DNA of 64,000 nucleotides from a virus (Duplodnaviria > Caudoviricetes). Every line of letters begins with the position of its first letter. Position 1 is the stretch's first letter. The position numbers and the translations under genes were made by a program. Below, in pieces: positions 1-8,521 of the stretch. The stretch is from IMG/VR virus record IMGVR_UViG_3300025389_001063. One strand, written 5' to 3'. Below the pieces are notes generated by a model. The model saw only the letters and a program-made list of their open reading frames with translations, searched no databases and was not told where the DNA came from.

Positions 1-474
1 CTTGCTCCAGATGAAAAAGAATATGTTACTGAAAGCATGAGAAATCTTTGGGATTATAATTATAATACTTATGAATATTATATTAATAACTACAATCTAG
101 CTAGAGAATCTGCTAGAACAGTTTTACCAGTTGGTGGCTACACAGAGTGCTATTGGAAAGCCAATCTTAAAAACTTCTTACATATGGCTAGATTACGCAT
201 GGATTCACATGCTCAATGGGAAATACGTGAATATGCTAATGCTATGTATAATCTAGCAAAACCTCTATTTCCTGCTGCTTGCGAAGCATTCGAAGATTAT
301 CAAGTAGATTCAGTTAAAGTTAGCGGATTAGAAGTTCCTTTATTACGTCGTTTAATTAGTCGTAATACATGGCTAGATATGCTAGAAGATTATAGAAGTG
401 AAGAATTATTAGCAAAACAATTTGGTTTAAGTCAAAGAGAACTTGACGATTTTAAGAAAAAATGGATATCTTAA
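1..474 (+). CDS. thyX: Flavin-dependent thymidylate synthase ThyX, C-terminal part (5' end outside window)
   Basis: Frame is open from base 1. ARESARTVLP...YWKANLKNFLHMARLRMDSHAQWEIREYA matches the ThyX C-terminal motifs (AR.VLP, N.R..H...LR...HAQ.EIR). Confidence 0.88.
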   Translation, partial: LAPDEKEYVTESMRNLWDYNYNTYEYYINNYNLARESARTVLPVGGYTECYWKANLKNFLHMARLRMDSHAQWEIREYANAMYNLAKPLFPAACEAFEDYQVDSVKVSGLEVPLLRRLISRNTWLDMLEDYRSEELLAKQFGLSQRELDDFKKKWIS

Positions 475-494
475 TTTATTCCTCTATATTTAAA

Positions 495-527
495 TCCTGA
501 TAAATAAAGTATCATCGATATCAGGAG
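495..527 (+). promoter_or_regulatory. Late promoter ATAAATA (500-506) inside an 8-bp inverted repeat that pairs with the AGGAG RBS of the tail-fibre gene
   Basis: TCCTGATA (495-502) / TATCAGGA (519-526); AGGAG at 523-527; ATG at 534. Confidence 0.65.
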
Positions 528-533
528 CCAAAT

Positions 534-2594
534 ATGCCCTTAAAACTAAGAAGAGGCACAAATGCCGAAAGAATAACTATAACACCCGCCGAAGGTGAAC
601 TTATTTATTCGACAGATACTAAGAAAATTTATGTAGGTGACGGAATAACTCAAGGCGGTATTGACGTTACTGGGGCGGCCAGTTTATTTGGTCCTTTATC
701 TGGAAATTTAGACATAAATCATTATAACATTACAGGTATAGGAAATGTCGAAGTTAATGGTATTATCAGTAACGGACCATTATCTTTAAATTCAAACTAT
801 ATTTCAAGTTCTTCAGGTTATGTATCACAAGGACTAGGAAATCATATTGGAATTTTAGAATTAAGTACACCTACTAATCTTTTACAAATAAACAGATATT
901 GGTCAGATCCTAACGAACCTATCGAAATACAGACAGGTATTACTAATAGTTTTACTTCGTTAATGTCTGATAGAAGAAGTTCTAGAGGATCTGTAGGTAT
1001 TCCTACAGCAACTATTCCTGGTGATAATATTGCTTTAGAAAGATTTTGGGGTCATGACGGATTTAATTATCTACCAACTTCAGCAATATGGCATGGTGTT
1101 GATCCCAACGGAACAGTATCTCCAGGATTTGTTCCTGGTGCTATAGCACTTATAACAGAAGGTATCGGCGGTCCACACGTTGTTAGTGTAGATTCAAAAG
1201 GAAATTTAGGAATAGGTGTATACCCTGAACTTGTACAGGAAAAACTACATGTAGAAGGTAATGCATTAATATCTGGAACTTTAATTGCAGGTGCAGTTAG
1301 AGGTTCAATTTTTGCTGATAACTCGAGTGTATTGATTGACAGTATATATGGTAATATGTATGCTAATAATTTGTCAGTTACTGGAATTTTAAATTGTGGA
1401 GAGACAGTACAAAAATCTCCAAACGGATATCTTGATATTTCTTCTAGATATGGAATTACCTCAGGTCTTACTTCGTTGATGACTGGAAATTATGCATCAA
1501 GAGGATCATTAGTTAGTCCTTCATCATTACACACTGGTGATTCAATTAGTTTTATAAGAAATTTTGGTCACGATGGAAGTAACTATGTATTTTCTTCTGG
1601 TATACAATTTGGATTAGATCCATCTATAAGTTCAAGTATAGCACCAAGTACAGGAAAAATGCCTGGTGCAATTGGTTTCATTGTTGTTGATGAAAATAAT
1701 ATCCAAAATTATGTTTCTATAGACTCAGCAGGACAAGTAGGTATTGGAACATTTCCTAATCCAACAACAGAGGCACTCGATGTTAATGGTAATGGTAAAT
1801 TTAGTGGTAGTATTACAACAACTTCAATACAACAAAATTTATCTTCAGGAGTTGACGCTACAAAACTATATGGTATTTCAGATGGTGTTAATTGTCTTGT
1901 AACTTCTAATTATGCATCAAGAGGTAGTTTACCATCACCATCTTCTCTCTATTTAGGTGATTCTATTTCTGCTATAAGAAATTATGGATTCGATGGTACC
2001 AACTATATACTTTCTTCTGCTATAGATTTTGTTTTAGATGGATCATATACTCCATCAACAGGTTATATGCCTGGAGCGATAGCATTTTTTGTTCAAGGAT
2101 CTTCTGGACAAAAAATAACAACTATTAATTCTAATGGTTATTTAGGAATTAATAAATTTCCAAGTGTAACTGAAGAAGCGCTCGATGTTAATGGTAATGG
2201 TAAGTTTAGTGGACACATTACTGTTAATAATTCTACAAATAATAGTTCAGTACAAATTACTGGTTATGCTAATAAAGGTGGTACTGGATATCATGACTTT
2301 ATGAGTGTCACTAACACTTATAGTAGTGCTACTAATCCTAACAAATATTTCCGTTTAGATTCATCTGGATCATTCCAAATTGTTGATAGTACTTATAATA
2401 ATACTTTATTCAATTTAACCAATGCCGGTCATACTATTGTTAGAGGTTATGTACAATTTGGTTCTTTCTCCGCTACAGAAAGAGCAGCATTAACTCCTGC
2501 TAACGGAATGGTTATCTATAATACTACTGCTAATAAATTCCAAGGTTATCAAAATGGTGGCTGGATCAATTTAGACACAGGTGCTGCTGCTTAA
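534..2594 (+). CDS. Tail fibre/receptor-binding-like virion protein with Mtd_N-like N-terminus and three internal repeats
   Basis: N-terminus LKLRRGT.AER..ITPAEGELIY.TDTKK.YVGDG.T.GG; three copies of SRGS...GD....R.(F/Y)G.DG.NY...SAI.......PGAI.....G.LGI...P..E.LDV.GN. Confidence 0.75.
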   Translation: MPLKLRRGTNAERITITPAEGELIYSTDTKKIYVGDGITQGGIDVTGAASLFGPLSGNLDINHYNITGIGNVEVNGIISNGPLSLNSNYISSSSGYVSQGLGNHIGILELSTPTNLLQINRYWSDPNEPIEIQTGITNSFTSLMSDRRSSRGSVGIPTATIPGDNIALERFWGHDGFNYLPTSAIWHGVDPNGTVSPGFVPGAIALITEGIGGPHVVSVDSKGNLGIGVYPELVQEKLHVEGNALISGTLIAGAVRGSIFADNSSVLIDSIYGNMYANNLSVTGILNCGETVQKSPNGYLDISSRYGITSGLTSLMTGNYASRGSLVSPSSLHTGDSISFIRNFGHDGSNYVFSSGIQFGLDPSISSSIAPSTGKMPGAIGFIVVDENNIQNYVSIDSAGQVGIGTFPNPTTEALDVNGNGKFSGSITTTSIQQNLSSGVDATKLYGISDGVNCLVTSNYASRGSLPSPSSLYLGDSISAIRNYGFDGTNYILSSAIDFVLDGSYTPSTGYMPGAIAFFVQGSSGQKITTINSNGYLGINKFPSVTEEALDVNGNGKFSGHITVNNSTNNSSVQITGYANKGGTGYHDFMSVTNTYSSATNPNKYFRLDSSGSFQIVDSTYNNTLFNLTNAGHTIVRGYVQFGSFSATERAALTPANGMVIYNTTANKFQGYQNGGWINLDTGAAA

Positions 2595-2607
2595 TAATAA
2601 GTAGAGT

Positions 2608-3168
2608 GTGTTTATACTCATTCCTTGGAAACGATCTTTAAACCTTGACGAGTTTTATGCTGAAGCGGCTCGTCGAGGTTTCGATAACAACTCCTCTCAA
2701 AAAAAGATGATCGATTGTCTAGCGAATGAGGATAAATGGGCTGCTTGGATCTTATATCAAAATAATAAACCTATAGGATCTGTAGCAGCCCATTCTTTTG
2801 ACAACATTATGGGTCCAAACAGTTATAGAATATGTGTAAGAACTTGTATATTACCACATGATCGAGAATACAAAGCAGTTATAACAGCAAAAAGAGCGAT
2901 AGCAGAACATCAAAATCTTACTTCACAATTCTTCATACCTAAATGCATAGATTGGACTGGAAAACATAATAATTTGTATATAACATCAAATGAGAATAGT
3001 AGCGGTTCTCAAAAATTAGTTCATACTATATTTTTTCCAACTCTTGCTAAAAAAGGAATTATGACTAAGATTAAAGATGTTCATTATAGAGGAACAGATC
3101 AAACTGTTTGGAAACTTAATGTAGATCTTTTTATAAAAGATTTAGTACATTATCCTAGATGGAATTAA
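2608..3168 (+). CDS. Putative GNAT-fold acetyltransferase-like protein
   Basis: 186 aa, GTG start; WILYQNNKPIGSVAAH strand pattern is GNAT-like, but the acetyl-CoA motif is not clear. Confidence 0.4.
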   Translation: MFILIPWKRSLNLDEFYAEAARRGFDNNSSQKKMIDCLANEDKWAAWILYQNNKPIGSVAAHSFDNIMGPNSYRICVRTCILPHDREYKAVITAKRAIAEHQNLTSQFFIPKCIDWTGKHNNLYITSNENSSGSQKLVHTIFFPTLAKKGIMTKIKDVHYRGTDQTVWKLNVDLFIKDLVHYPRWN

Positions 3169-3845
3169 CAACTTATAATAATATTAAAATCAGTAAATGG
3201 TAATAATTCTTGAACTTTATCAATAAATTGTCGTTCTACGTCAAACTTTACTATATTAGTACCATTAAAATTAAAATTATCAATAAGACCTCTCTTATTT
3301 GCTCTATTAAGCCAGGGACTTAATTTATGGTCAAATCTATAACGAGCATCACTGTCGATTTTAGATATATCAAGAGTAATAGTCATACTAACTCTATCTT
3401 TTAATTCACTATGAGTAAGTAATTGTCTCACAACTAATTGTGTTCTAGGAATACTACCAAAATTAGCAGCAACATGTAAACGACCTGCATCCATATCATA
3501 CCATATACCATCTTCTTCTACACGATGCATAATCTTATTATCTAAGTCAATTAGATATGCTTGCTCACCACGAATATTAAGATGCCAACGATCATCAATG
3601 TCTGCATGACTATAATAGTTAACACCCCTATCCAATGTAATAAGTCTTGCTTCTCCCTTTGGGTAAGGAAGGGAGTTATATATCTTTTCCCAGATTGTTC
3701 CTCTATATTCATCTTTTAATTCCCATTCATCATAAAAATAACTTGTTATAGGACGATTTATAGTAGTTCTATCATTTTCAGGGATAGACTCTTTTGCTTT
3801 TTCAATATCTTCTAAATCTACAGAATAAATGGTTTCTCTAATCAT
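3165..3845 (-). CDS. 2OG-Fe(II) dioxygenase, aspartyl/asparaginyl beta-hydroxylase-like
   Basis: GEARLITL...YYSHADIDDRWHL (HxD) and distal HVAANFG...R.QLVV (second His, 2OG-binding Arg). Confidence 0.7.
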   Translation of the reverse strand: MIRETIYSVDLEDIEKAKESIPENDRTTINRPITSYFYDEWELKDEYRGTIWEKIYNSLPYPKGEARLITLDRGVNYYSHADIDDRWHLNIRGEQAYLIDLDNKIMHRVEEDGIWYDMDAGRLHVAANFGSIPRTQLVVRQLLTHSELKDRVSMTITLDISKIDSDARYRFDHKLSPWLNRANKRGLIDNFNFNGTNIVKFDVERQFIDKVQELLPFTDFNIIISC

Positions 3846-3850
3846 GAAAA

Positions 3851-3881
3851 TATTTAGTGGAGTAATATGCTACTATAAATA
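3851..3881. promoter_or_regulatory. Divergent late promoters: TAAATA on - strand (3851-3856) and perfect TATAAATA on + strand (3874-3881)
   Basis: TATAAATA is the T4 gp55 late-promoter consensus; GGAG at 3887-3890 precedes ATG 3898. Confidence 0.65.
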
Positions 3882-3897
3882 TTCTTGGAGAAAGCCT

Positions 3898-4734
3898 ATG
3901 GAAAAAGCAAACCTCGAACTACTAAGAGAAGCCTACGAAAAAAGTGAATTCAATAATATTATTCATAATGTTTCTGGTGTTTATATACCCTTAGACTTTA
4001 GTTGGAAGAATATAGGTATAGCTATGTCTGGTGGAATTGATAGCACTATGCTTTGCTATATACTTGCTGATTTAATTACTAAAAATAATTTAGATATAAC
4101 CATACATGTTACATCTCATGTGAGAGTTTGGAAATTTAGACCGTGGCAAAAAGATGTAAGTGAAAACGTATATAATTGGATGGTTAACCATTTTCCAAAT
4201 GTTAAATTTAAAAGATATGCTGGATTTATTCCACCAGATTTAGAATGGAAAAATAATGCTCCAACACTTGTTTTAAATGAGTACGGAGAAGAAGAATACG
4301 GTGATGTACTTGTTATGAGATCATTTGCTGAATTTGTTGGTTGGCATCAAAATTTTGACGCTTATTTTAATGCAACTACAATGAATCCAGATGATCCTAA
4401 TATTACATTGGCATTAGATGTTAGAAATCTTACCTCTCAAGATATAATCGATCATTTTGATTATACTATAAAATATTATCGACTAGGAGATAATGTAATT
4501 ACTTGTCATCCTTTTCGCTTTATTCAAAAAGATTGGATTGTTGGAAGATATAAAGAATTTGATATATGGAATCTTTTTGAAATGACACGAAGTTGTGAAG
4601 GTGATCGTAACGAATATCCAGAAACATTTGGAAATTTAGATTATAGAACATATAAGGTAGGAATGGAAGTTCCTACATGTGGTAAATGTTTTTGGTGTCA
4701 AGAAAGAGAATGGGGTATTAAGAATGCTTTTTAA
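3898..4734 (+). CDS. QueC-like PP-loop ATP pyrophosphatase with C-terminal Zn site (probable start 3898, not 3829)
   Basis: IGIAMSGGIDST PP-loop; TRSCEG...CGKCFWCQER matches the QueC SC...CGxCxxC..R motif; RBS and promoter support ATG 3898. Confidence 0.75.
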   Translation: MEKANLELLREAYEKSEFNNIIHNVSGVYIPLDFSWKNIGIAMSGGIDSTMLCYILADLITKNNLDITIHVTSHVRVWKFRPWQKDVSENVYNWMVNHFPNVKFKRYAGFIPPDLEWKNNAPTLVLNEYGEEEYGDVLVMRSFAEFVGWHQNFDAYFNATTMNPDDPNITLALDVRNLTSQDIIDHFDYTIKYYRLGDNVITCHPFRFIQKDWIVGRYKEFDIWNLFEMTRSCEGDRNEYPETFGNLDYRTYKVGMEVPTCGKCFWCQEREWGIKNAF

Positions 4735-4741
4735 GCATTCT
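4721..4741. terminator. Inverted repeat centred on two overlapping convergent stop codons (possible bidirectional terminator/processing hairpin)
   Basis: Core AGAATGCTT (4721-4729) / AAGCATTCT (4733-4741), extending to 11 bp as TAAGAATGCTT (4719-4729)-TTT-AAGCATTCTTA (4733-4743). Confidence 0.4.
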
Positions 4742-5813
4742 TAGTTCTTTCAATTGTTTCATCATCAAAATGATGTAATGATTTACTAAATCTACCGCAA
4801 TTTCTCACACAAGTTATTAACTTTTTATTATTTTCAAATATATATTCTTTAAAAAATTGATTCCATTCTTCAGAATTCATAATTTCTTTAATTGATGATT
4901 TTGTAGCGTCAAGTGTTTTAAATGTATTAAAAAAATCTTGATTTTCTTTACATGAAATTTTACGAAAGGGATCAAGCATATCATTATAAACAGGACTAGT
5001 AAAAGAAGTTTGACCAAGAAATCCACAAGGATAAACTTTTTTAACTGCATCGATATAAATGAATTGCCATTCAGTAGCTATACATTTAATTGTTGCTTCT
5101 TCAAGATAATCATGATAATTTTCTATTATTTCTTTAGTTATGCAGTCAGCAGTAGTATCAGTTGGTGGTTCTAAATAATAAAGATTATTACCATTCTTAT
5201 CAACAACTTTATATGGTTCATTATCTACATATCTAGAAGTATCTTTAACAGAAAAACTTTCAAAACCTAATTGTTTTGATAATTCTCTGCATTCATCGAC
5301 TTGATGTTGATTGTGTTTAAATCTTATAAACTCCCAACTAGTATTTCCTCCAACATCGATAAATGCTTTAGCATTACTGATAATTTTGTTCCAATCTGTT
5401 CCAATCCTGTATATTTTATGTGTATCTTCTAATCCGTCTATTCCAAAAAGAACTTGATGATTTGTTGGCATATAATTTATAAGATTTTTCCACCATTGTT
5501 CTTTAAAAATGCTACCATTAGTAAAAACTTGTACAGATATATTAGGATTTGATTCTTTAATATATTCAAGCATATATGGTAAATCTTTATTAATAACTGG
5601 ATCACCATAATGACCACAGAACATAATATGTTTAATCTGATTAATAACTTCAGTATTGAGAATTATTTTAAAATCTTCTAAAGACCAATCAGATAAAACA
5701 AAATTTGAATTTTTTAATCCTCCATATACATTTCGAACACACATAGGACACGATGCTTGACATCTACTAGTTATTTCAAGATGTAATGCCTTTAACTTAT
5801 CAAAAGTAAACAT
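4731..5813 (-). CDS. Radical SAM protein with C-terminal Cys-rich (SPASM/twitch-like) extension
   Basis: HLEITSRCQASCPMC (CxxxCxxC), FCGHYGDP, VFTNGS, FGIDGL...H..YR; C-terminal IKC...VYPCGF...TCVRNCG. Confidence 0.9.
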   Translation of the reverse strand: MFTFDKLKALHLEITSRCQASCPMCVRNVYGGLKNSNFVLSDWSLEDFKIILNTEVINQIKHIMFCGHYGDPVINKDLPYMLEYIKESNPNISVQVFTNGSIFKEQWWKNLINYMPTNHQVLFGIDGLEDTHKIYRIGTDWNKIISNAKAFIDVGGNTSWEFIRFKHNQHQVDECRELSKQLGFESFSVKDTSRYVDNEPYKVVDKNGNNLYYLEPPTDTTADCITKEIIENYHDYLEEATIKCIATEWQFIYIDAVKKVYPCGFLGQTSFTSPVYNDMLDPFRKISCKENQDFFNTFKTLDATKSSIKEIMNSEEWNQFFKEYIFENNKKLITCVRNCGRFSKSLHHFDDETIERTKNA

Positions 5814-6332
5814 TTAAATCTTCCAACGATCCCACCAGCCATGAATTCCTTTTCTTCCTTCAATTGATGTTATTAATTCTGATTTACCGCCATTAAGACT
5901 TAGAACAAAATTTACAACATCGTCTGGGCGTAATGGCTTATTATCAGGTATTGGCATTCCTGCTTTGTGAAATACATGAGCAACATAATGTGAACAAATT
6001 TCACTATCATATATATGAGGGTTCATATTGAACCCAACACGTAATGCATCAACAAAATGATACATTCTTCCTAATTTACGAACAGCACATCCTTCAACTT
6101 CATCTGTCCATTTAATTCCTGTAGGAATAACTACCACAGGTAAGTCTTCTTGGAGTAATCTTACACGAACACCACTATTCCATATTGCTTCTAGAACATA
6201 ATATCTTCTATGGAATTTCCATAAAATTCCAACATGACTAAATTCGCTTCTTGTAAATTTAGTTATTATATGTCCAACTAAACTAGTAGGTCGCCAGGCT
6301 AACAACGAACCGCTTGGATATTGTGAGATCAT
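5814..6332 (-). CDS. Permuted papain-like amidase (YaeF/YiiX, NlpC/P60 superfamily)
   Basis: His before Cys: FSHVGI...VLEA...GV...Y...EICSHYVAHVF. Confidence 0.75.
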   Translation of the reverse strand: MISQYPSGSLLAWRPTSLVGHIITKFTRSEFSHVGILWKFHRRYYVLEAIWNSGVRVRLLQEDLPVVVIPTGIKWTDEVEGCAVRKLGRMYHFVDALRVGFNMNPHIYDSEICSHYVAHVFHKAGMPIPDNKPLRPDDVVNFVLSLNGGKSELITSIEGRKGIHGWWDRWKI

Positions 6333-6922
6333 TATTTTTTTCCTATTAACATATACCTTGTATATTTTGGTAATTCCTTTTCACCTGCCCAAAGAACGTT
6401 AATGTGACTCTGATCTCTAAAATCCTCTAAGGAGTTTGCAATCCGTACGTGTTCCGGAATGACATAATTGTTACTCTGTAATACTAATATACTATCTTTA
6501 GGCATATTATTCAACCACGTTTCGTAGTCTGCCTGTGTAATGTGTTCACAAGAGGTATTAATTATAACCTCTGCATTAGTATTTACGTCAATCATGTTAG
6601 AAGTTACTGCTGTAAATCTACCCTCTATTTCTTCTAACTTATTCATAGTGTATGCTGTGACTTCACACTCTGGATCTAAATCAAGAGATGTTATTCTGCT
6701 AATAGGAATTCCCGACTGGAATAATAAACTTGCTAATACACCAACCCAGCCGCCGTGAATATCTATTCTAACAGATTTTTTAATAAACGGTCTTAAATTT
6801 TCAATTAACCAAAGTTTTGAGTTAATTTGACCTTTCCAAAATGCTTCTAATGTTCTATTTTGATCTTTACTATTACGTATAGCATCCATCCAAAAAAGAA
6901 TATGATCAACGTTCAAATTCAT
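6332..6922 (-). CDS. Class I SAM-dependent methyltransferase-like protein
   Basis: IDIHGGWVGVLA glycine-rich motif I; ITSLDLDPEC acidic motif II; VIINTSCEH. Confidence 0.7.
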   Translation of the reverse strand: MNLNVDHILFWMDAIRNSKDQNRTLEAFWKGQINSKLWLIENLRPFIKKSVRIDIHGGWVGVLASLLFQSGIPISRITSLDLDPECEVTAYTMNKLEEIEGRFTAVTSNMIDVNTNAEVIINTSCEHITQADYETWLNNMPKDSILVLQSNNYVIPEHVRIANSLEDFRDQSHINVLWAGEKELPKYTRYMLIGKK

Positions 6923-8519
6923 CTTTTAACCATTTCCAATCATTAATATTTTTTAACATCTGCTCATCGTTAGCATATTTAGATCCAAACTCTTTTCCTG
7001 CTATTGCTCCGTTAATAGCAAACTCGCCAAATGGCTTATCTATTCCAATATTACACCAAATTTCAAGTCTTCTTTGAGATTCTTCGTCAACTTGACCTTG
7101 TATAATTTTACTAGAAAGTTTTACACATTCTCTAAATGCTGACTTCCATGTATTAAATGGATCTGTATTAAATATTGTAACATTACTAACCTTATTAACT
7201 GATATGAATTTTTTACTAATAGAAGTTGTCATATCGACTGTATTAATATTCATTTCTATTACTGCTTGTGTAGGTAATAATTTTACACCACCATATCCAT
7301 ATATAAGATTGTTTACAGAATTTCTACTTTTAAAAACATATACTGCATCTCTATCCCAAATTGGAACTTCCATATAAAAATTAAAATCATCTTCTATAAT
7401 GGCATCACCGTCAACTGCCCAAAACATACTAGTTTGGCACATTTTTGCTGCCTCAACGTGAGCATTATGAATTCCTTTAATCCCCTGAACTCTCTTTGCT
7501 CTAGGAAATTTTTCTTTTAATTTTTTATAATTTTCATCTGCATTTGGTTCGTTGTAACTTATAAAAACAATATCAAAACACAAATAACTACATTCTATGT
7601 CAATTTCTTTTTTATTAATAAAAAAACTGTATTCTGCTTCTTTTTGTGTAATATTATATTTTTTAGGTATTAGATATAATCCACCGTAATCTCCAGTTTT
7701 ATTTTTAAAAACATGTACATATTCTTTATCATACTCAGGAACTATATAATCTAATTCAAAAGTAGGAATATAATCTTTGTCGATAGCATAAAACATTGTA
7801 GTTTTACAATATTTTTGTGCTTCAAAATAATCATCTGGGGTTGTTATCACAAATCTATCATAATTCAATTTACTTGCTACGATATCAATTTCTTTTTTAT
7901 TAACAAAGAAATTATATTGTGCTTCTTTTTGTGTAATATTATATCTTTTTGGAATCAGATACACACCCTTATATTCATTATGATCTTCCTTAAAGATATG
8001 AACATACTTTTGATCCCAATCTGGAACTATATAATCATTCTCAAATGTAGATTCATAATCTTTGTCGATAGCATAAAACATTTTAGTCTTACATTTTTTT
8101 TGTGCTTCAAAATAATCATCTGGGGTTGTTATCACAAATCTATTGTATGGAAGATAATATCCTGCTACAATATCGATTTCTTTTTTATTGACAAAGAAAT
8201 TATATTCTGCTTCCCTTTTTGTAATATTATATTTTTTAGGTATTAAATAAACACCTGTATATTCTTCTGTTCTATCTTTGAATATATGGACGTATTTTTC
8301 ATCCCATTCTGGAATTATATAATCAAACTTAAAATTATTTTCTATTTCAAATCCTTCACTTATTATCCAAAAAAACTTAGACATAGATTTTTTTTGTGCT
8401 ACAAAAAATGCTTCCCAAGATTTATCTTCATAATTAGCAAGTTTTAATAAAGGAAATTTTTCCTGTAATTTTAAAAATCCATAATCTTTTTCTTTAGATA
8501 TATAAAAAATATCATACAT
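6906..8519 (-). CDS. Glycosyltransferase-like (GT-A) protein with three degenerate tandem modules plus a full C-terminal domain
   Basis: C-terminal FDIVFISYNEPNA...FWAVDGD (DxD); ~95-aa repeats ...FYAIDKDY...YVH.FK....Y.G.YLIPK. Confidence 0.7.
   Translation of the reverse strand: MYDIFYISKEKDYGFLKLQEKFPLLKLANYEDKSWEAFFVAQKKSMSKFFWIISEGFEIENNFKFDYIIPEWDEKYVHIFKDRTEEYTGVYLIPKKYNITKREAEYNFFVNKKEIDIVAGYYLPYNRFVITTPDDYFEAQKKCKTKMFYAIDKDYESTFENDYIVPDWDQKYVHIFKEDHNEYKGVYLIPKRYNITQKEAQYNFFVNKKEIDIVASKLNYDRFVITTPDDYFEAQKYCKTTMFYAIDKDYIPTFELDYIVPEYDKEYVHVFKNKTGDYGGLYLIPKKYNITQKEAEYSFFINKKEIDIECSYLCFDIVFISYNEPNADENYKKLKEKFPRAKRVQGIKGIHNAHVEAAKMCQTSMFWAVDGDAIIEDDFNFYMEVPIWDRDAVYVFKSRNSVNNLIYGYGGVKLLPTQAVIEMNINTVDMTTSISKKFISVNKVSNVTIFNTDPFNTWKSAFRECVKLSSKIIQGQVDEESQRRLEIWCNIGIDKPFGEFAINGAIAGKEFGSKYANDEQMLKNINDWKWLKDEFER
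7812..8143 (-). repeat. Intragenic 285-nt-period tandem repeat (47 nt identical at 7812-7858 and 8097-8143)
   Basis: TTTTTGTGCTTCAAAATAATCATCTGGGGTTGTTATCACAAATCTAT occurs twice; a third, diverged module follows. Confidence 0.9.
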
Positions 8520-8521
8520 TA

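Noticed and set aside
534-2594. Diversity-generating retroelement target (Mtd-like N-terminus)
   Set aside because: No reverse transcriptase, no TR/VR pair differing at adenines, and no C-type lectin C-terminus in the window.
3829-3897. 23-aa N-terminal extension of the QueC-like ORF
   Set aside because: It overlaps the divergent gene start and the promoters; the RBS and TATAAATA point to ATG 3898.
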